Source of the DNA: Bacteroidetes bacterium 4572_128
Lineage (GTDB): Bacteria > Bacteroidota > Bacteroidia > Bacteroidales > 4572-128
NCBI GenBank assembly: GCA_002084355.1
Contig: NBLL01000001.1
Location: 1 to 50,581 of the forward strand
Length of the DNA: 50,581 nt
Reading direction: 5' to 3'
Of this stretch, positions 39,299 to 49,297 are shown piece by piece. Position 1 is the stretch's first letter; each line of letters starts with the position of its first letter. The notes beneath the pieces are model-generated. The model had not been told where the DNA came from. It made no database searches and saw only the letters and a program-made list of their open reading frames with translations. Position numbers and translations under genes: made by a program.

Positions 39299-39421
39299 TT
39301 AAACCTTAATTTCTTCCTCTAATTCTACATTTCCATAAGCAGGACAATCTTGAACTGTTTTACAAGACGAAAGAATGACAATAGATATAATAAAAGCAAA
39401 TATTAGTAATATTTTTTTCAT
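39299..39421 (-). CDS. small lipoprotein (40 aa), below the ORF-track size cutoff
   Basis: Minus-strand translation is MKKILLIFAFIISIVILSSCKTVQDCPAYGNVELEEEIKV: a signal peptide plus lipobox (LSSC). It lies 35 nt upstream of the beta-barrel gene on the same strand. Confidence 0.45.
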   Translation of the reverse strand: MKKILLIFAFIISIVILSSCKTVQDCPAYGNVELEEEIKV

Positions 39422-39492
39422 AATTTTTTATTTATAATTTTGTAAAAAAAAACGAATTTACAAAAATTTTATTATTTCAAATATAAAATTTT

Positions 39493-39500
39493 TATTTTTG
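39493..39500 (+). promoter_or_regulatory. -7 promoter box (TATTTTTG) for the flippase gene
   Basis: Exact TAnnTTTG, 25 nt upstream of the TTG start at 39526. Confidence 0.35.
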
Positions 39501-39525
39501 ATAAAAAATTTTAAATTAAAAAAAT

Positions 39526-40980
39526 TTGAAAAAGAAATTTGTTATTAATTTAATTTTGTTAGTTTTTATAAATTTATTGATAAAACCTTTCTGGGTTTTT
39601 GGCATAGATAGAAGCATTCAAAATCTCGTAGGAGCAGAAGAATATGGTCTTTATGCTTCTATATTTAGTTTTTCATTTTTATTAAATATAATTCTGGATT
39701 TGGGAATTACAAGTTTTAATAACAGAAATATTTCTCAACATAAACAATTATTAAGTAAACATTTTTCAAATATTGTTATTTTAAAATTCCTACTTGGAGT
39801 TTTATATTTTTTAATAAGTCTTATAATTGCAATTTTTATAGATTATAATTATAGACAATTAGAACTATTTTTATTTCTCGGTTTCAACCAATTTTTATTA
39901 TCTTTTATTTTATATTTACGTTCTAATATCGCTGGTTTACAATTATTTAAAACAGATAGTTTAATTTCTGTTCTGGACAGAAGTTTGATGATTTTATTTT
40001 GCGGAATTTTACTCTGGGGAAATTGCACAGATATAAATTTCAAAATTGAATGGTTTGTTTATGCACAAAATATTTCATATTTAATTACTGCCGTTGTTGC
40101 TTTTTTTATAGTTTTTTTGAAATCAAAATTTTTAAAATTAAATTTCAATAGAAAATTTTTCCTTGTAATATTAAAAAAATCTTATCCTTTTGCGATACTT
40201 TTTTTATTAATGGGAGTTTATACGAGAGTTGATATTGTTATGATAGAAAGACTTTTAATAGACGGAAAATTACAAGCAGGAATTTATGCACAATCTTTTA
40301 GAATACTTGACGCAGCATCAATGTTTGCATTATTATTTTCAAGTTTACTTTTGCCAATGTTTTCAAAGATGTTAAAAAACAAAGAAAATGTTGGCGAATT
40401 AACAAGATTATCATATAAAATTTTAATTGCGCCCGCAATTATGATAGCTGTAATTTCTTGGTATTTTAAAATTGAAATTTTAGAAATGCTTTATAATGAA
40501 CATATAAAAAAATCGTCAGAAATTTTTGGAGTTCTAATGATGAGTTTTGTTGCAATCGCAACGACGAATATTTTCGGAACTTTATTAACAGCAAATGCAA
40601 ATTTAAAAGCATTAAATTTAATGGCTGCTTTTGGAATGTTTACTAATTTTATTTTGAATTTTATTTTGATACCAAAATATCAAGCACTTGGAGCAGCAAT
40701 TGCAAGTTTAATAACACAATTTTTAACCGCTTTTATACAAATTTTCATTGCAAATAATAAGTTCAAAGGAAAATTAATTAATAAAAAAATGTTTTTTTAT
40801 ATTTTAATTTTTACTTTGGTAATATGTTTTTCAGGAGGAATTATTTATAATTTAGAAATTGAAAATTGGCTAATAAAAGTTGTAATTTTATCTGTTCTTG
40901 GAACAATTCTTTATTTATTTATGTTTTTTTCTAAAAAAATAATTTTAAAATTGTTAAAAAAAAATAATTTATTTCAATAA
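39526..40980 (+). CDS. polysaccharide/oligosaccharide flippase (MOP/Wzx-like)
   Basis: 484 aa with about 12-14 TM segments and the polysaccharide-biosynthesis-protein pattern. Confidence 0.65.
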   Translation: MKKKFVINLILLVFINLLIKPFWVFGIDRSIQNLVGAEEYGLYASIFSFSFLLNIILDLGITSFNNRNISQHKQLLSKHFSNIVILKFLLGVLYFLISLIIAIFIDYNYRQLELFLFLGFNQFLLSFILYLRSNIAGLQLFKTDSLISVLDRSLMILFCGILLWGNCTDINFKIEWFVYAQNISYLITAVVAFFIVFLKSKFLKLNFNRKFFLVILKKSYPFAILFLLMGVYTRVDIVMIERLLIDGKLQAGIYAQSFRILDAASMFALLFSSLLLPMFSKMLKNKENVGELTRLSYKILIAPAIMIAVISWYFKIEILEMLYNEHIKKSSEIFGVLMMSFVAIATTNIFGTLLTANANLKALNLMAAFGMFTNFILNFILIPKYQALGAAIASLITQFLTAFIQIFIANNKFKGKLINKKMFFYILIFTLVICFSGGIIYNLEIENWLIKVVILSVLGTILYLFMFFSKKIILKLLKKNNLFQ

Positions 40981-40983
40981 AAA

Positions 40984-42313
40984 ATGAGAGAAATTTTAAT
41001 AAAAAATGCAAAAATTTTAATAAAAAATGAAGGAAATTTTAATAAAAAATGCAAAAATTTTAATGAAAATAAAATTTTTTCCGGAGACGTTTTTTTAAAA
41101 GATGAAAAAATAGAAGATATTTTTTTAAAAAAAAACGGCAAATATTCAAAAAAAAATTTTTCAAAAGATATTTTGGAAATAGATGCTTCGGGAAAATATT
41201 TAATTCCGGGAATTATTGACACACACGTACATTTTAGAGATTTTAAAATCTCTGAAAAAGGAACTATAGAAACAGAATCTAAGGCAGGAATTGCGGGAGG
41301 AGTTACTTCTTACATAGAAATGCCCAACACAGACCCTCCGACGGTTTCTATAAAATCTTTGAATGAAAAATTTCAAATTGCTTCGGAAAAATCATGGTCA
41401 AATTATTCTTTTTACATAGGTGCAACAGATGATAATTTTGACGAAATTTTAAAAATTAATCCTAAAAAGATTTGTGGAGTAAAAGTTTTTCTTGGTTCTT
41501 CTACGGGAAATATTATTGTAAAAAACAAAGAAATTTTGAAAAAAATTTTTTCTTTACCTTTTTTAATTGCCGTACATTGTGAGGACGAAGAAATTATAAA
41601 AAAAAACGAGATTTTTTATAAAAAAAAATTTGGTGAAAATATTGATATAAAATATCATTCTAAAATTAGAAGTGAAGAGGCTTGTTTTAAATCGTCTTTT
41701 TTTGCGGTAGAAATGGCAAAAAAATATAATACAAGATTGCACATTAAGTGAAGTTTGTTTACATCATTTATTTTTTGACGAAAATGATTATTTTGATAAA
41801 AAAGGAAGAATAAAATTAAATCCCTCTATAAAAACGTGTAAAGATAAAAATGCTTTATTTAATTCTGTAAAAAACGGAAAAATAGATGTCATTTCAACAG
41901 ACCATGCTCCGCATTTGTCAGAAGAAAAAGAAAATTCTTATTTTAAATGTCCATCAGGTTCTCCTTTTATACAACATTCACTCATTGCAATTTTAGAAAA
42001 ATATCATAAAAAAGAGATTTCTCTTGAAAAAATAGTTGAGAAAATGGCTCACGCACAAAGTGATATTTTTAATATTTATAAAAGAGGATACATTAAAAAA
42101 GGATATTTTGCAGATTTAGTGCTTTTAGATTTATCAAAAAAATGGACGGTAAATAAAAAAGATATTTTATATAAATGTGCATGGTCTCCATTGGAAAATG
42201 AAATTTTTTCTTCAAAAGTTACGCACACTTTTGTAAATGGAAATTTAATTTATGAAAATGGAAATTTTTATAAAAAAATTAAAGCAAAAGCTTTAGTTTT
42301 TAAAAAATCATAA
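40984..42313 (+). pseudogene. pyrC: dihydroorotase, internal deletion plus frame change; also carries a 5' repeat expansion
   Basis: ORF 40984-41751 has IPGIIDTHVHFRD and AVHCEDEEII. From 41750, in another frame, the sequence reads EVCLHHLFFDENDYFDKKGRIKLNPSIKT...IDVISTDHAPH and continues into ORF 41915-42313. The segment between ...RLHI and EVCLHHL is missing. Confidence 0.75.
40990..41064 (+). repeat. 21/22-bp tandem repeats inside the 5' end of pyrC
   Basis: AAATTTTAATAAAAAATG(C/A)A occurs three times, plus a fourth diverged copy. A 32-bp perfect direct repeat lies at 40990-41021 and 41033-41064. The net effect is a 42-nt in-frame insertion (IKNEGNFNKKCKNF). Confidence 0.85.
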
Positions 42314-42400
42314 AATTTTGGACGAATTTTGAAAAAAAATTTTTTTTATTTTAAAATTAAAAAAATTAAAATTTTGGTTATTTTTTGAAAAAAAATCAAA
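42314..42400 (-). repeat. A/T-block repeat family, two reverse-oriented units (A11)
   Basis: ATAAAATTTTGGACGAATTTTGAAAAAAAATTTTTTTT and TTAAAATTTTGGTTATTTTTTGAAAAAAAA. Confidence 0.6.
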
Positions 42401-42428
42401 AGAAATAAATATCTTTTTAAATTATTTA

Positions 42429-43576
42429 TTATTTTGATATTGTATCCAAAATGTGATTATAATTTTCCCAGAATTCAGGGTCATATTCTAGATTTTCTTG
42501 GTAATAAATACTTTTATTTTTCATTTTATTTTCTGGTTTACGAACATTTACAGTATCAATATTATTAACTAATATTTTGGTAAAATATTGAGAATTTAAA
42601 AGCATTTCACCATTTTGTTCAAAATTTTTAATATCATGATAACTATACATGGTATATAAAAATAATTTATTATTAATTTCTTTGAACTTTATTATTTCTA
42701 CATATTTTTCTATATCATATATTTCTCTTTTAATTATTTTGTTTATCTCTGATGGTTTTTTAGAATCATAAAAAAATTGAACCTATTTTCATATTTTAAA
42801 TTGATAATATAAACTAAATTATCATCATATAATTTTGTATTTTCTTTTTCAAAATTATATTTTTTTAAAAATTTCTTTCTAAGAAATGGGTGTTTATAAC
42901 GAAAAATATTTCTTTTTAAAGTGATTTTTACTTCATTAATTTTTTTAATAATTTTTATTGGCTCTGTATAACAGTCTTCATTTCGTCTTACTCCAATAAT
43001 TTCTACTGTTTCGTCTAATGCTGAAAATATATATTTATGTGTTTTTTTAAATTTCGGTGTATATAATTTAATTGCAACTCCTAATTTCATATGAGATTTT
43101 TTATACTTTCCATTTTGAAATTCTTTTTCTTCAAAATAAACATCAGAAATATGTTTTTTTGTGTAATAATTTTCTGGAATTTTTTCAATAGCTTTAAAAA
43201 AAATATCTTCAGCTTTAATTTTTTTAGAAATTACATTTACTTCTTCAAGAATTAATATTGATTTCTCTATAAAAAAAGATTTAAAATTATTTGTTAATTT
43301 CAAATCTTTAATATGTAATTTTAAATTATGATAACCAATAAAGGAAATTATTAAAGTATCATCTATATATTTCTTAGGAATTTTAAAATTAAATTTTCCT
43401 TTTTCGTTACTTACTGTTCCAATATGTTTTTGTAATATTGAAATGTTTGCAAAAGCAAGAATTTCTTTAGAATTTTTATCTTTTACAATTCCTTTAATTG
43501 TAATTAAATTTTGTGAAAACAAAAAATTATTTAATAATAATGACAGAATTACAAGGATTGACAAATTCATTTTCAA
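42429..43576 (-). pseudogene. secreted CarboxypepD_reg-like domain protein, one frameshift at a homopolymer
   Basis: Signal peptide plus ITIKGIVKDKNSKEILAFANISI (carboxypeptidase-regulatory-like fold). The reading frame of ORF 42429-42650 stays open upstream to about 42755, so a 1-nt change at the T6 run (42756-42761) joins it to ORF 42743-43576. Confidence 0.5.
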
Positions 43577-43652
43577 AATTTTTTCATTTACAAAAAGATT
43601 TTATTATTATTACAAGAATAATAAAACAAACATAATGCAAATAAAGAGCTAA

Positions 43653-44027
43653 TTTTTTTTTTTTAATTTAAAAAAAAAAATCATTAAAATTTCGTCGCTT
43701 TTTTCAAAAAATTTTTTTTAATTAAAAAAAATCATTAAAATTTCGTCGTTTTTTTCAATTTTTTTTTTTTTAATTATAAAAAATCATCCTGCGCCTGTGC
43801 GGTGTTTTCACCGCACATTATTAAATTAAAAATGTTAAAATTTTGGGCAAATTTCAAATTTTTTTTTTTAAATTGAAAATTAAAAAATGTTAAAATTTTG
43901 GACGAATTTGAAAAATTTTTTTAACATTAACATTGGAGGTTTTTTTTTAAACCTCCAATGTTTGATGTCGAAACATTGATGTCGAAACATTGATTTCAAA
44001 ATTTATTTTTTGAATTCAAAAATATAA
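43653..44027 (-). repeat. composite repeat region (A12): reverse A/T-block units, G/C hairpin, AACATTGGAGGTT palindrome
   Basis: Reverse units carry ATTAAAATTTCGTCG and TAAAATTTTGGGCA/GGACG. The hairpin is at 43797-43816. The palindrome is at 43929-43962, followed by ATGTCGAAACATTG twice. Confidence 0.8.
43786..43820. repeat. G/C-containing hairpin element, copy 2
   Basis: ATCCTGCGCCTGTGCGGTGTTTTCACCGCACATTATT. The 8-bp stem is GTGCGGTG/CACCGCAC with loop TTTT. Confidence 0.6.
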
Positions 44028-44951
44028 TTAATTAACCTTAAAAGTAATATCACCTTTTTTGAAAAAATTAACAATTTGATTTGCTGAAGCTATGCCAGCA
44101 TTTATATTTGCTTCTGCTGTTTGTGCTCCCATTTTTTTAGGTGTGAAGAAATACCTATTTTCATAATTTTCAATAATTTCATCTTTACAATCTGGTGCAA
44201 GATCAGAAATATATGAAAAATCTTTTCTATCATGGAAAATCTGCAAAAGAGATTTTTCACAAATAACTTCCTTACGTGCCGTATTTACTAAAACAGCATT
44301 TTCTGGCATCGATTTTAATAAATCAATGTTTATCGATTTTTTAGTATTTTTATTAGAAGGAATATTTAAGGAAATATATTGACAAGTCTTATACAATTCT
44401 TCGGCAGAATTCAAAACTTTTACACCGTCTTTTTCTATATCTTTTTTTTCTAAGAAAGGGTCAAAAGCATAAACTTCCATAGAAAATCCTTTAGCCATTT
44501 TTGCTATACAACGACCAACATTTCCATATGCATGTATTCCGATTTTTTTATTTTTCAACTCACTTCCAGCTTTTCCATTAAAAAAACCGCGAGATTTAAA
44601 AAGCATCATACCAAAAGCTAATTCTGCTACAGCATTTGAATTTTGTCCAGGTGTGTTCATTACAACAATATTTTTTTCTGTGGCAGCTTTCAAATCTATA
44701 TTATCATAACCTGCTCCTGCACGTACAACAATTTTCAAATTTTTTGCAGATTGCAAAATTTCTTTTGTTACTTTATCACTTCTAACAATCAGAGCATCAA
44801 CATTGTAAATAGCATTTTCAAAATTGTCTTGACCCCTATAATTTTCCATTATAAGGAATATATAACCATTTTTTTCTACTATTTCTTCTATCCTATTTAC
44901 TGCTTCTGGAGCAAAAGGTTTTTTCGTTACAACTAAAATTTTTTTTCTCAT
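44028..44951 (-). CDS. D-isomer-specific 2-hydroxyacid dehydrogenase (3-phosphoglycerate dehydrogenase-like)
   Basis: 307 aa. NAD-binding GIHAYGNVGRCIAKMA, LLKSMPENAVLVNTARKEV, and the overall SerA/PdxB-type order. Confidence 0.75.
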   Translation of the reverse strand: MRKKILVVTKKPFAPEAVNRIEEIVEKNGYIFLIMENYRGQDNFENAIYNVDALIVRSDKVTKEILQSAKNLKIVVRAGAGYDNIDLKAATEKNIVVMNTPGQNSNAVAELAFGMMLFKSRGFFNGKAGSELKNKKIGIHAYGNVGRCIAKMAKGFSMEVYAFDPFLEKKDIEKDGVKVLNSAEELYKTCQYISLNIPSNKNTKKSINIDLLKSMPENAVLVNTARKEVICEKSLLQIFHDRKDFSYISDLAPDCKDEIIENYENRYFFTPKKMGAQTAEANINAGIASANQIVNFFKKGDITFKVN

Positions 44952-44968
44952 TCTTTAAAATTTTTTTA

Positions 44969-44976
44969 CAAAAATA
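44969..44976 (-). promoter_or_regulatory. -7 promoter box (TATTTTTG on the minus strand)
   Basis: Plus strand reads CAAAAATA, 17 nt upstream of the start codon at 44951. Confidence 0.4.
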
Positions 44977-45065
44977 AAAAAAAAATTTAATTTTTCGTTT
45001 TTTTTGAAAATTTTTTTCAAAAAATATATTAAAATTTATACGATTTTTGAAAAAATTTTTTATTT

Positions 45066-45665
45066 TTAAAAATTAAAAAAAAATAAAATAAATAGAAAAG
45101 CAAAAAAGAAACCATAAATAATTTGTAAAATATTATGAGCTTTTAATTCTAATCTTGCCCATGCAATTACAAAAGTCATAAAAAAAACAACAATTAATAA
45201 TAATTTTAAATTAAAATTAAATTTATGAATTAAAATAATAATAGATGCAAAAAGAGAACCCATTCCAGATAAATGTAAACTAATTTTCCATTTTAAGGAA
45301 ATAAAAGCTGAAAAAATTAAAATAATAAAAGCAGAAATTAAAAAATCTGATAATATTTTTTCAAAAAGATAAATTTTCAACAAAAAAATTCCCAGTAGAT
45401 AAAAAACAGAGCTTATTAAAAGAGGTAAAAATCTTTCTTTATGTGATTTCATTTCTAAACTTTTTATATTTTTTGTAAAATAAAAAAAAGGTAAAGAAAA
45501 TACAGGCATTAAAAAAGTTGTTAAAAAAATAATTAGAAAGAGTATTTTTTTTCTTTCAAAATTTAATGCTAAGAAATTTTCATTTTCAAAAAAAATTAAA
45601 ACTAAGCAAGTTGGAATTAAAGACGGATGAAAAATAATTGATAAAATTCTTGCTAAATTTTTCAA
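45066..45665 (-). CDS. integral membrane protein, PAP2-phosphatase-like
   Basis: Six hydrophobic segments. WKISLHLSGMG and WARLELKAHNILQIIYG resemble PAP2 motifs C2 and C3. Weak call. Confidence 0.4.
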   Translation of the reverse strand: MKNLARILSIIFHPSLIPTCLVLIFFENENFLALNFERKKILFLIIFLTTFLMPVFSLPFFYFTKNIKSLEMKSHKERFLPLLISSVFYLLGIFLLKIYLFEKILSDFLISAFIILIFSAFISLKWKISLHLSGMGSLFASIIILIHKFNFNLKLLLIVVFFMTFVIAWARLELKAHNILQIIYGFFFAFLFILFFFNF

Positions 45666-45681
45666 TATTAAAAATATTTTT

Positions 45682-47405
45682 TTATTTTAATTTTTCTTCT
45701 AATTTATTTATAATTTCATTTGCGTCTTTATAAATTTTCTCCATTTTACTGTCATCTTTTGAAGGTGAAAATATAAGTTTTTGACAATTATCCAAAGTTT
45801 TGATAAATTCATCTATAATTTTATTGTCTAATTTATTTTTTTGCAAAGTTTCTATGGCATTATCTCTGGACAATTCTGCAGCAGAAATGGAGCTTTTTTT
45901 AGACGTTTTTTAAAACGTTTATTTGCTTTTCTGTATTTTACTAATAAAATATTTGAATTTTCTTTAATTTGTTTTCTTCTCATAATAAAAAATATCAAAA
46001 ATAAAAGAAACGGAATAATATAACTTAAATAAAAATTCAAAGAGCCATAAAATAATTTACCTTTTTTCTTCATATTGAAATTTCCTGTTTTAATAAATCT
46101 TATATCTTCTCCTATAAATTTTATTTCTTCTTTATTTGAAGTTGTTTGATTATAAACTATACTTGTTGTATCGCCGTCTTCTCTTTCAACTTTAATTTCA
46201 AAATCTTTAGTTTTTAATGTTTTATACTTTTTTTTTTGTGTAGAAAAATACGAAAATTTTACAGATTTAATTTTAAAATCTCCGGGATAACGTGGAATTA
46301 TTAAATAATCAAAAGTTTTACTTCCGGAAACTCCGTTTGATGTGGCTTTTGTGCTTATTTTAATTTTTGGGTCGAAAACTTCAAAATCACTTGGGAATTT
46401 CACGTCTAAATTATCTATTAAATTTAAATTACCATTCCCATAAATTTTTATTTTTAAATTTATTGCATCATTTGCTTTTACTTTATTTTTATTAAGATTT
46501 GCTGTCATTTTAAATTCTCCAACTGCACCATTAAAAGATAAAGGAGGATTTTCTGGCAATTCTTTAACTTTAACTAAACGAGAGCGACTTTTTACTTTCT
46601 TTTTTATTTCTTTAAAAGAGGGTCCCCAAAATGAAGTTTTACCTGTTCTTATTCTCAGAACACATTCCAATTCAAATTGTTCTATATTAATTTCTCCAAT
46701 ACTTTGTGGATATAAAACTATTTTTTTCAAAGTTCCGACATTATAAATTTTTCCGTTTATATTCTCTCTTTTTAAAGAGATCTGCTCTGATGATGGAATA
46801 TCTTTCGTCCAAAAACCACTAAAAGAAGGGTATTTTATATTATCAAAACCAACAAGATTTTTTAAAGTATAAACTTTTATTGTAGCAATTATATGTTCAC
46901 CCCTATTTACATTTGTTTTGCTTAAATTTACTCTTACAAATAAATCTTCATCGTCAACTTTTAAAGATTGAACTTTATTTTTTTTCCTATTATTACGATT
47001 ATTATTTTGTGGTGATTCTCCTTTTACAACTTCTATAGTTGTTTTTTTTGTTTTATAAATTTTATTCTCAACTTTTATTCTTGCTTCTGGAATTGTAAAT
47101 TTTCCTTCTTTTCTAGCAACTAAAATATATGTATAAGTATAATCATAACTACTCGTTACCTTTCCGTTTATAATTTGAATATTACTACTGGAAGAAACAC
47201 TCGGACCAGCAAGTATAGAAAAATTATTTAAAACCGGAGCTTTGAAATCAGTTCCTTCAGCATTTAGAGTAAATTTCAATCTAAATTGTTCGCCTATAGC
47301 AACAACTGAAGGAGCAGAAACATTAAATTCAATATCATCTGCTTTTAGATTTTTTAAAGGCAAAATAATGTATAAACAAAATAAAATATAAATAAATTTT
47401 TTCAT
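45682..47405 (-). pseudogene. batD: BatD-family (oxygen-tolerance operon) protein, frameshift in a 7-nt homopolymer
   Basis: BatD-like N-terminus (signal peptide, FNVSAPSVVAIGEQFRLKFTLN...) and a TM near the C-terminus. The C-terminal 63 aa (ORF 45682-45873) are in another frame. The switch maps to the T7 run at 45894-45900. Confidence 0.65.
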
Positions 47406-47456
47406 ATAATTTTAAATTAAAATTTCAAAATTAAATTTTTTTTCAAAAAAATCAAA

Positions 47457-48224
47457 TTACCAATCTTTATCAATTTTAAATTTTTGTAATTTCTTTTTGT
47501 CTTTTTTCAATTTATCTTTTGTTTCTTTCTCTTTATGTTGAATTGCTTTTAAAATATTTTGAGCATCTTTTTTAGAAATTTCTTGTTTTTCTTGTTTTTG
47601 TTGTTCTTTTTTATCGTCCTTTTTATCATTTTTTTCATCGTCCTTTTTTTCTTTCTTCTTTTTTTCTTTATTTTTTTCATCTTCATTTTTTTTATCTTGT
47701 TCATCCTTTTGATTTTTTTTATCTTTTTGGTCTTCACCTTTATCATCGTCATTTTTTTTATCGCTGTCCGGATTAGGATTTTCACATTCTGGTTGTTTCT
47801 TTTTTAAATTATTTGCCATAGCAAGATTAAATTTTGTGTCCATACGTTCTGGCATATTTTTTAAAGCATTTTTATAAGATTTTATTGCCTCATCTAATTT
47901 TTGGTTTTTTAAATAAGAATTACCAAGATTATGAAAAATATTTGCAAGTTTCTCTTTGCTTCTCTGCGTATTTGATAAAAAAGAAAAATATTCTATTGCT
48001 TTCTCATAATTACCTTTCTTATAATAAGAATTCCCTAAATTAAATTCTGCTTCGAAAGAATTTGAATTTATTTCCAGAGCTTTTTCGTAAGAATTAATTG
48101 CTCTACTATAATTTTTTTTTTCAAAAAAATCGTTTCCTTCTCTAATATAACTTCTTTCCATCTGAGAAAATGCAGAGAAATAAAAAAATAAAATTAAAAT
48201 ACCAGTAAAAAATTTTTTATACAT
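47457..48224 (-). CDS. TPR protein with a K/D/E-rich tail (BatC/BatE-like)
   Basis: Signal/TM segment, three TPR units (YSRAINSYEKALEINS, YEKAIEYFSFL, LDEAIKSYKNALKN), then about 90 residues of KDE low complexity. It lies directly upstream of batD. Start taken at the ATG at 48224. Confidence 0.6.
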   Translation of the reverse strand: MYKKFFTGILILFFYFSAFSQMERSYIREGNDFFEKKNYSRAINSYEKALEINSNSFEAEFNLGNSYYKKGNYEKAIEYFSFLSNTQRSKEKLANIFHNLGNSYLKNQKLDEAIKSYKNALKNMPERMDTKFNLAMANNLKKKQPECENPNPDSDKKNDDDKGEDQKDKKNQKDEQDKKNEDEKNKEKKKKEKKDDEKNDKKDDKKEQQKQEKQEISKKDAQNILKAIQHKEKETKDKLKKDKKKLQKFKIDKDW

Positions 48225-48281
48225 TTTTTTTTTAAATTTTTGCAAATTAAATTTTTTTTTTTTTATAAAAAAAAAAATTTT

Positions 48282-49196
48282 TTAATCATTTGTTAAAATA
48301 TCGTTTCTTAATTTATCTATATAATTAACAATATTCATAACTTGTTCATCTGTAATTTCTATTTTTTCAAGATTTCGCAAAGTTATTATGCTATTTTCTT
48401 TATCTATTTTTAGATTTTTATCTAAATTTTTAATCTTAATTTTATCAAATTTACTTTTTAAAATCATCAACCTTGTAAAATATTTAGAAACAGTTAAATC
48501 ATTTTGATTTTTACTAAGAAGTTCCAAAATCGTATTTAAGGATAATTTTTGCAATAAAAAATAATTTTTTAATTCTAAATTATCTTTTTCTCTGGTAATA
48601 ATATTTCCAGTAATATACATAGATTCTAACCATCCACCCATAATAACAAGTATGGGTGTATTTTTTTTATTTTCTTCTTTCAAATATTTATTTAATATTT
48701 CATAAGTTTTTATCATAATTTTTTCTATTTCTGCATTACTTTTGCTATTTTCCCACTCTGAGTAAATATCAGATGTCTCTTCTCTTGAAATATTTAATTT
48801 TTCCATCATTAAAATTATTATCGGAATATAATTTATAGCATATAAATCATATTCAAAAACTCTACAGTAAATTAGATCAGCCATATAAGTTCCAAGTTTC
48901 AATGCAAGATAACCGCCACTAAAATTATCTATTTTTTCTATTTCTGGACTTAGTAAATCTGGATAAAAGTCAGCTTTTCCATTTACAATAATTTCACTTA
49001 CTTGTTCTGGACTTGGCAGATTATAATATATTTTAATAACATTTTTTTTCTCAAATTTTAATTTTTTGAGAGAATCTTCAATGACTTTTTTTAGACTATC
49101 TTCTTTAGATAAAAAATCTAATTTATTATTTTGATTGCAAGAAATCAAAATAAATAATACTATGATTAATAAAATTATAAAGCTATTTTTTTTCAT
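48282..49196 (-). CDS. hypothetical lipoprotein
   Basis: Lipobox (FILISC). No family recognised. It is the first gene of the minus-strand cluster that ends with batD and the PAP2-like gene. Confidence 0.4.
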   Translation of the reverse strand: MKKNSFIILLIIVLFILISCNQNNKLDFLSKEDSLKKVIEDSLKKLKFEKKNVIKIYYNLPSPEQVSEIIVNGKADFYPDLLSPEIEKIDNFSGGYLALKLGTYMADLIYCRVFEYDLYAINYIPIIILMMEKLNISREETSDIYSEWENSKSNAEIEKIMIKTYEILNKYLKEENKKNTPILVIMGGWLESMYITGNIITREKDNLELKNYFLLQKLSLNTILELLSKNQNDLTVSKYFTRLMILKSKFDKIKIKNLDKNLKIDKENSIITLRNLEKIEITDEQVMNIVNYIDKLRNDILTND

Positions 49197-49264
49197 AAAA
49201 AAATTTTTTTATTATTAAAAAAAAAACAAATTAATTTTTTTTTTAATAATAAAAAAATTTTACA

Positions 49265-49272
49265 TACTTTTG
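49265..49272 (+). promoter_or_regulatory. -7 promoter box (TACTTTTG) for dnaN
   Basis: Exact TAnnTTTG in the TTTTGTAAAAATT context, 25 nt upstream of the ATG at 49298. Confidence 0.45.
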
Positions 49273-49297
49273 TAAAAATTATTTAAATATTTTATAA

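Noticed and set aside
30518-42313. The split genes might reflect an alternative genetic code (TGA or TAG read-through) rather than pseudogenes.
   Set aside because: At each junction I checked (DUF1015 gene, second sensor, prolyl oligopeptidase, pyrC, tatC), the downstream conserved sequence is in a different frame and residues are missing. Reading through the stop in frame gives unrelated sequence that soon hits TAA. Intact genes end in ordinary stops.
49197-49297. The AT-rich gap upstream of dnaN could be a replication origin.
   Set aside because: I found no DnaA-box-like 9-mers there. It contains only A/T palindromes and a promoter box. dnaA is not in the window.
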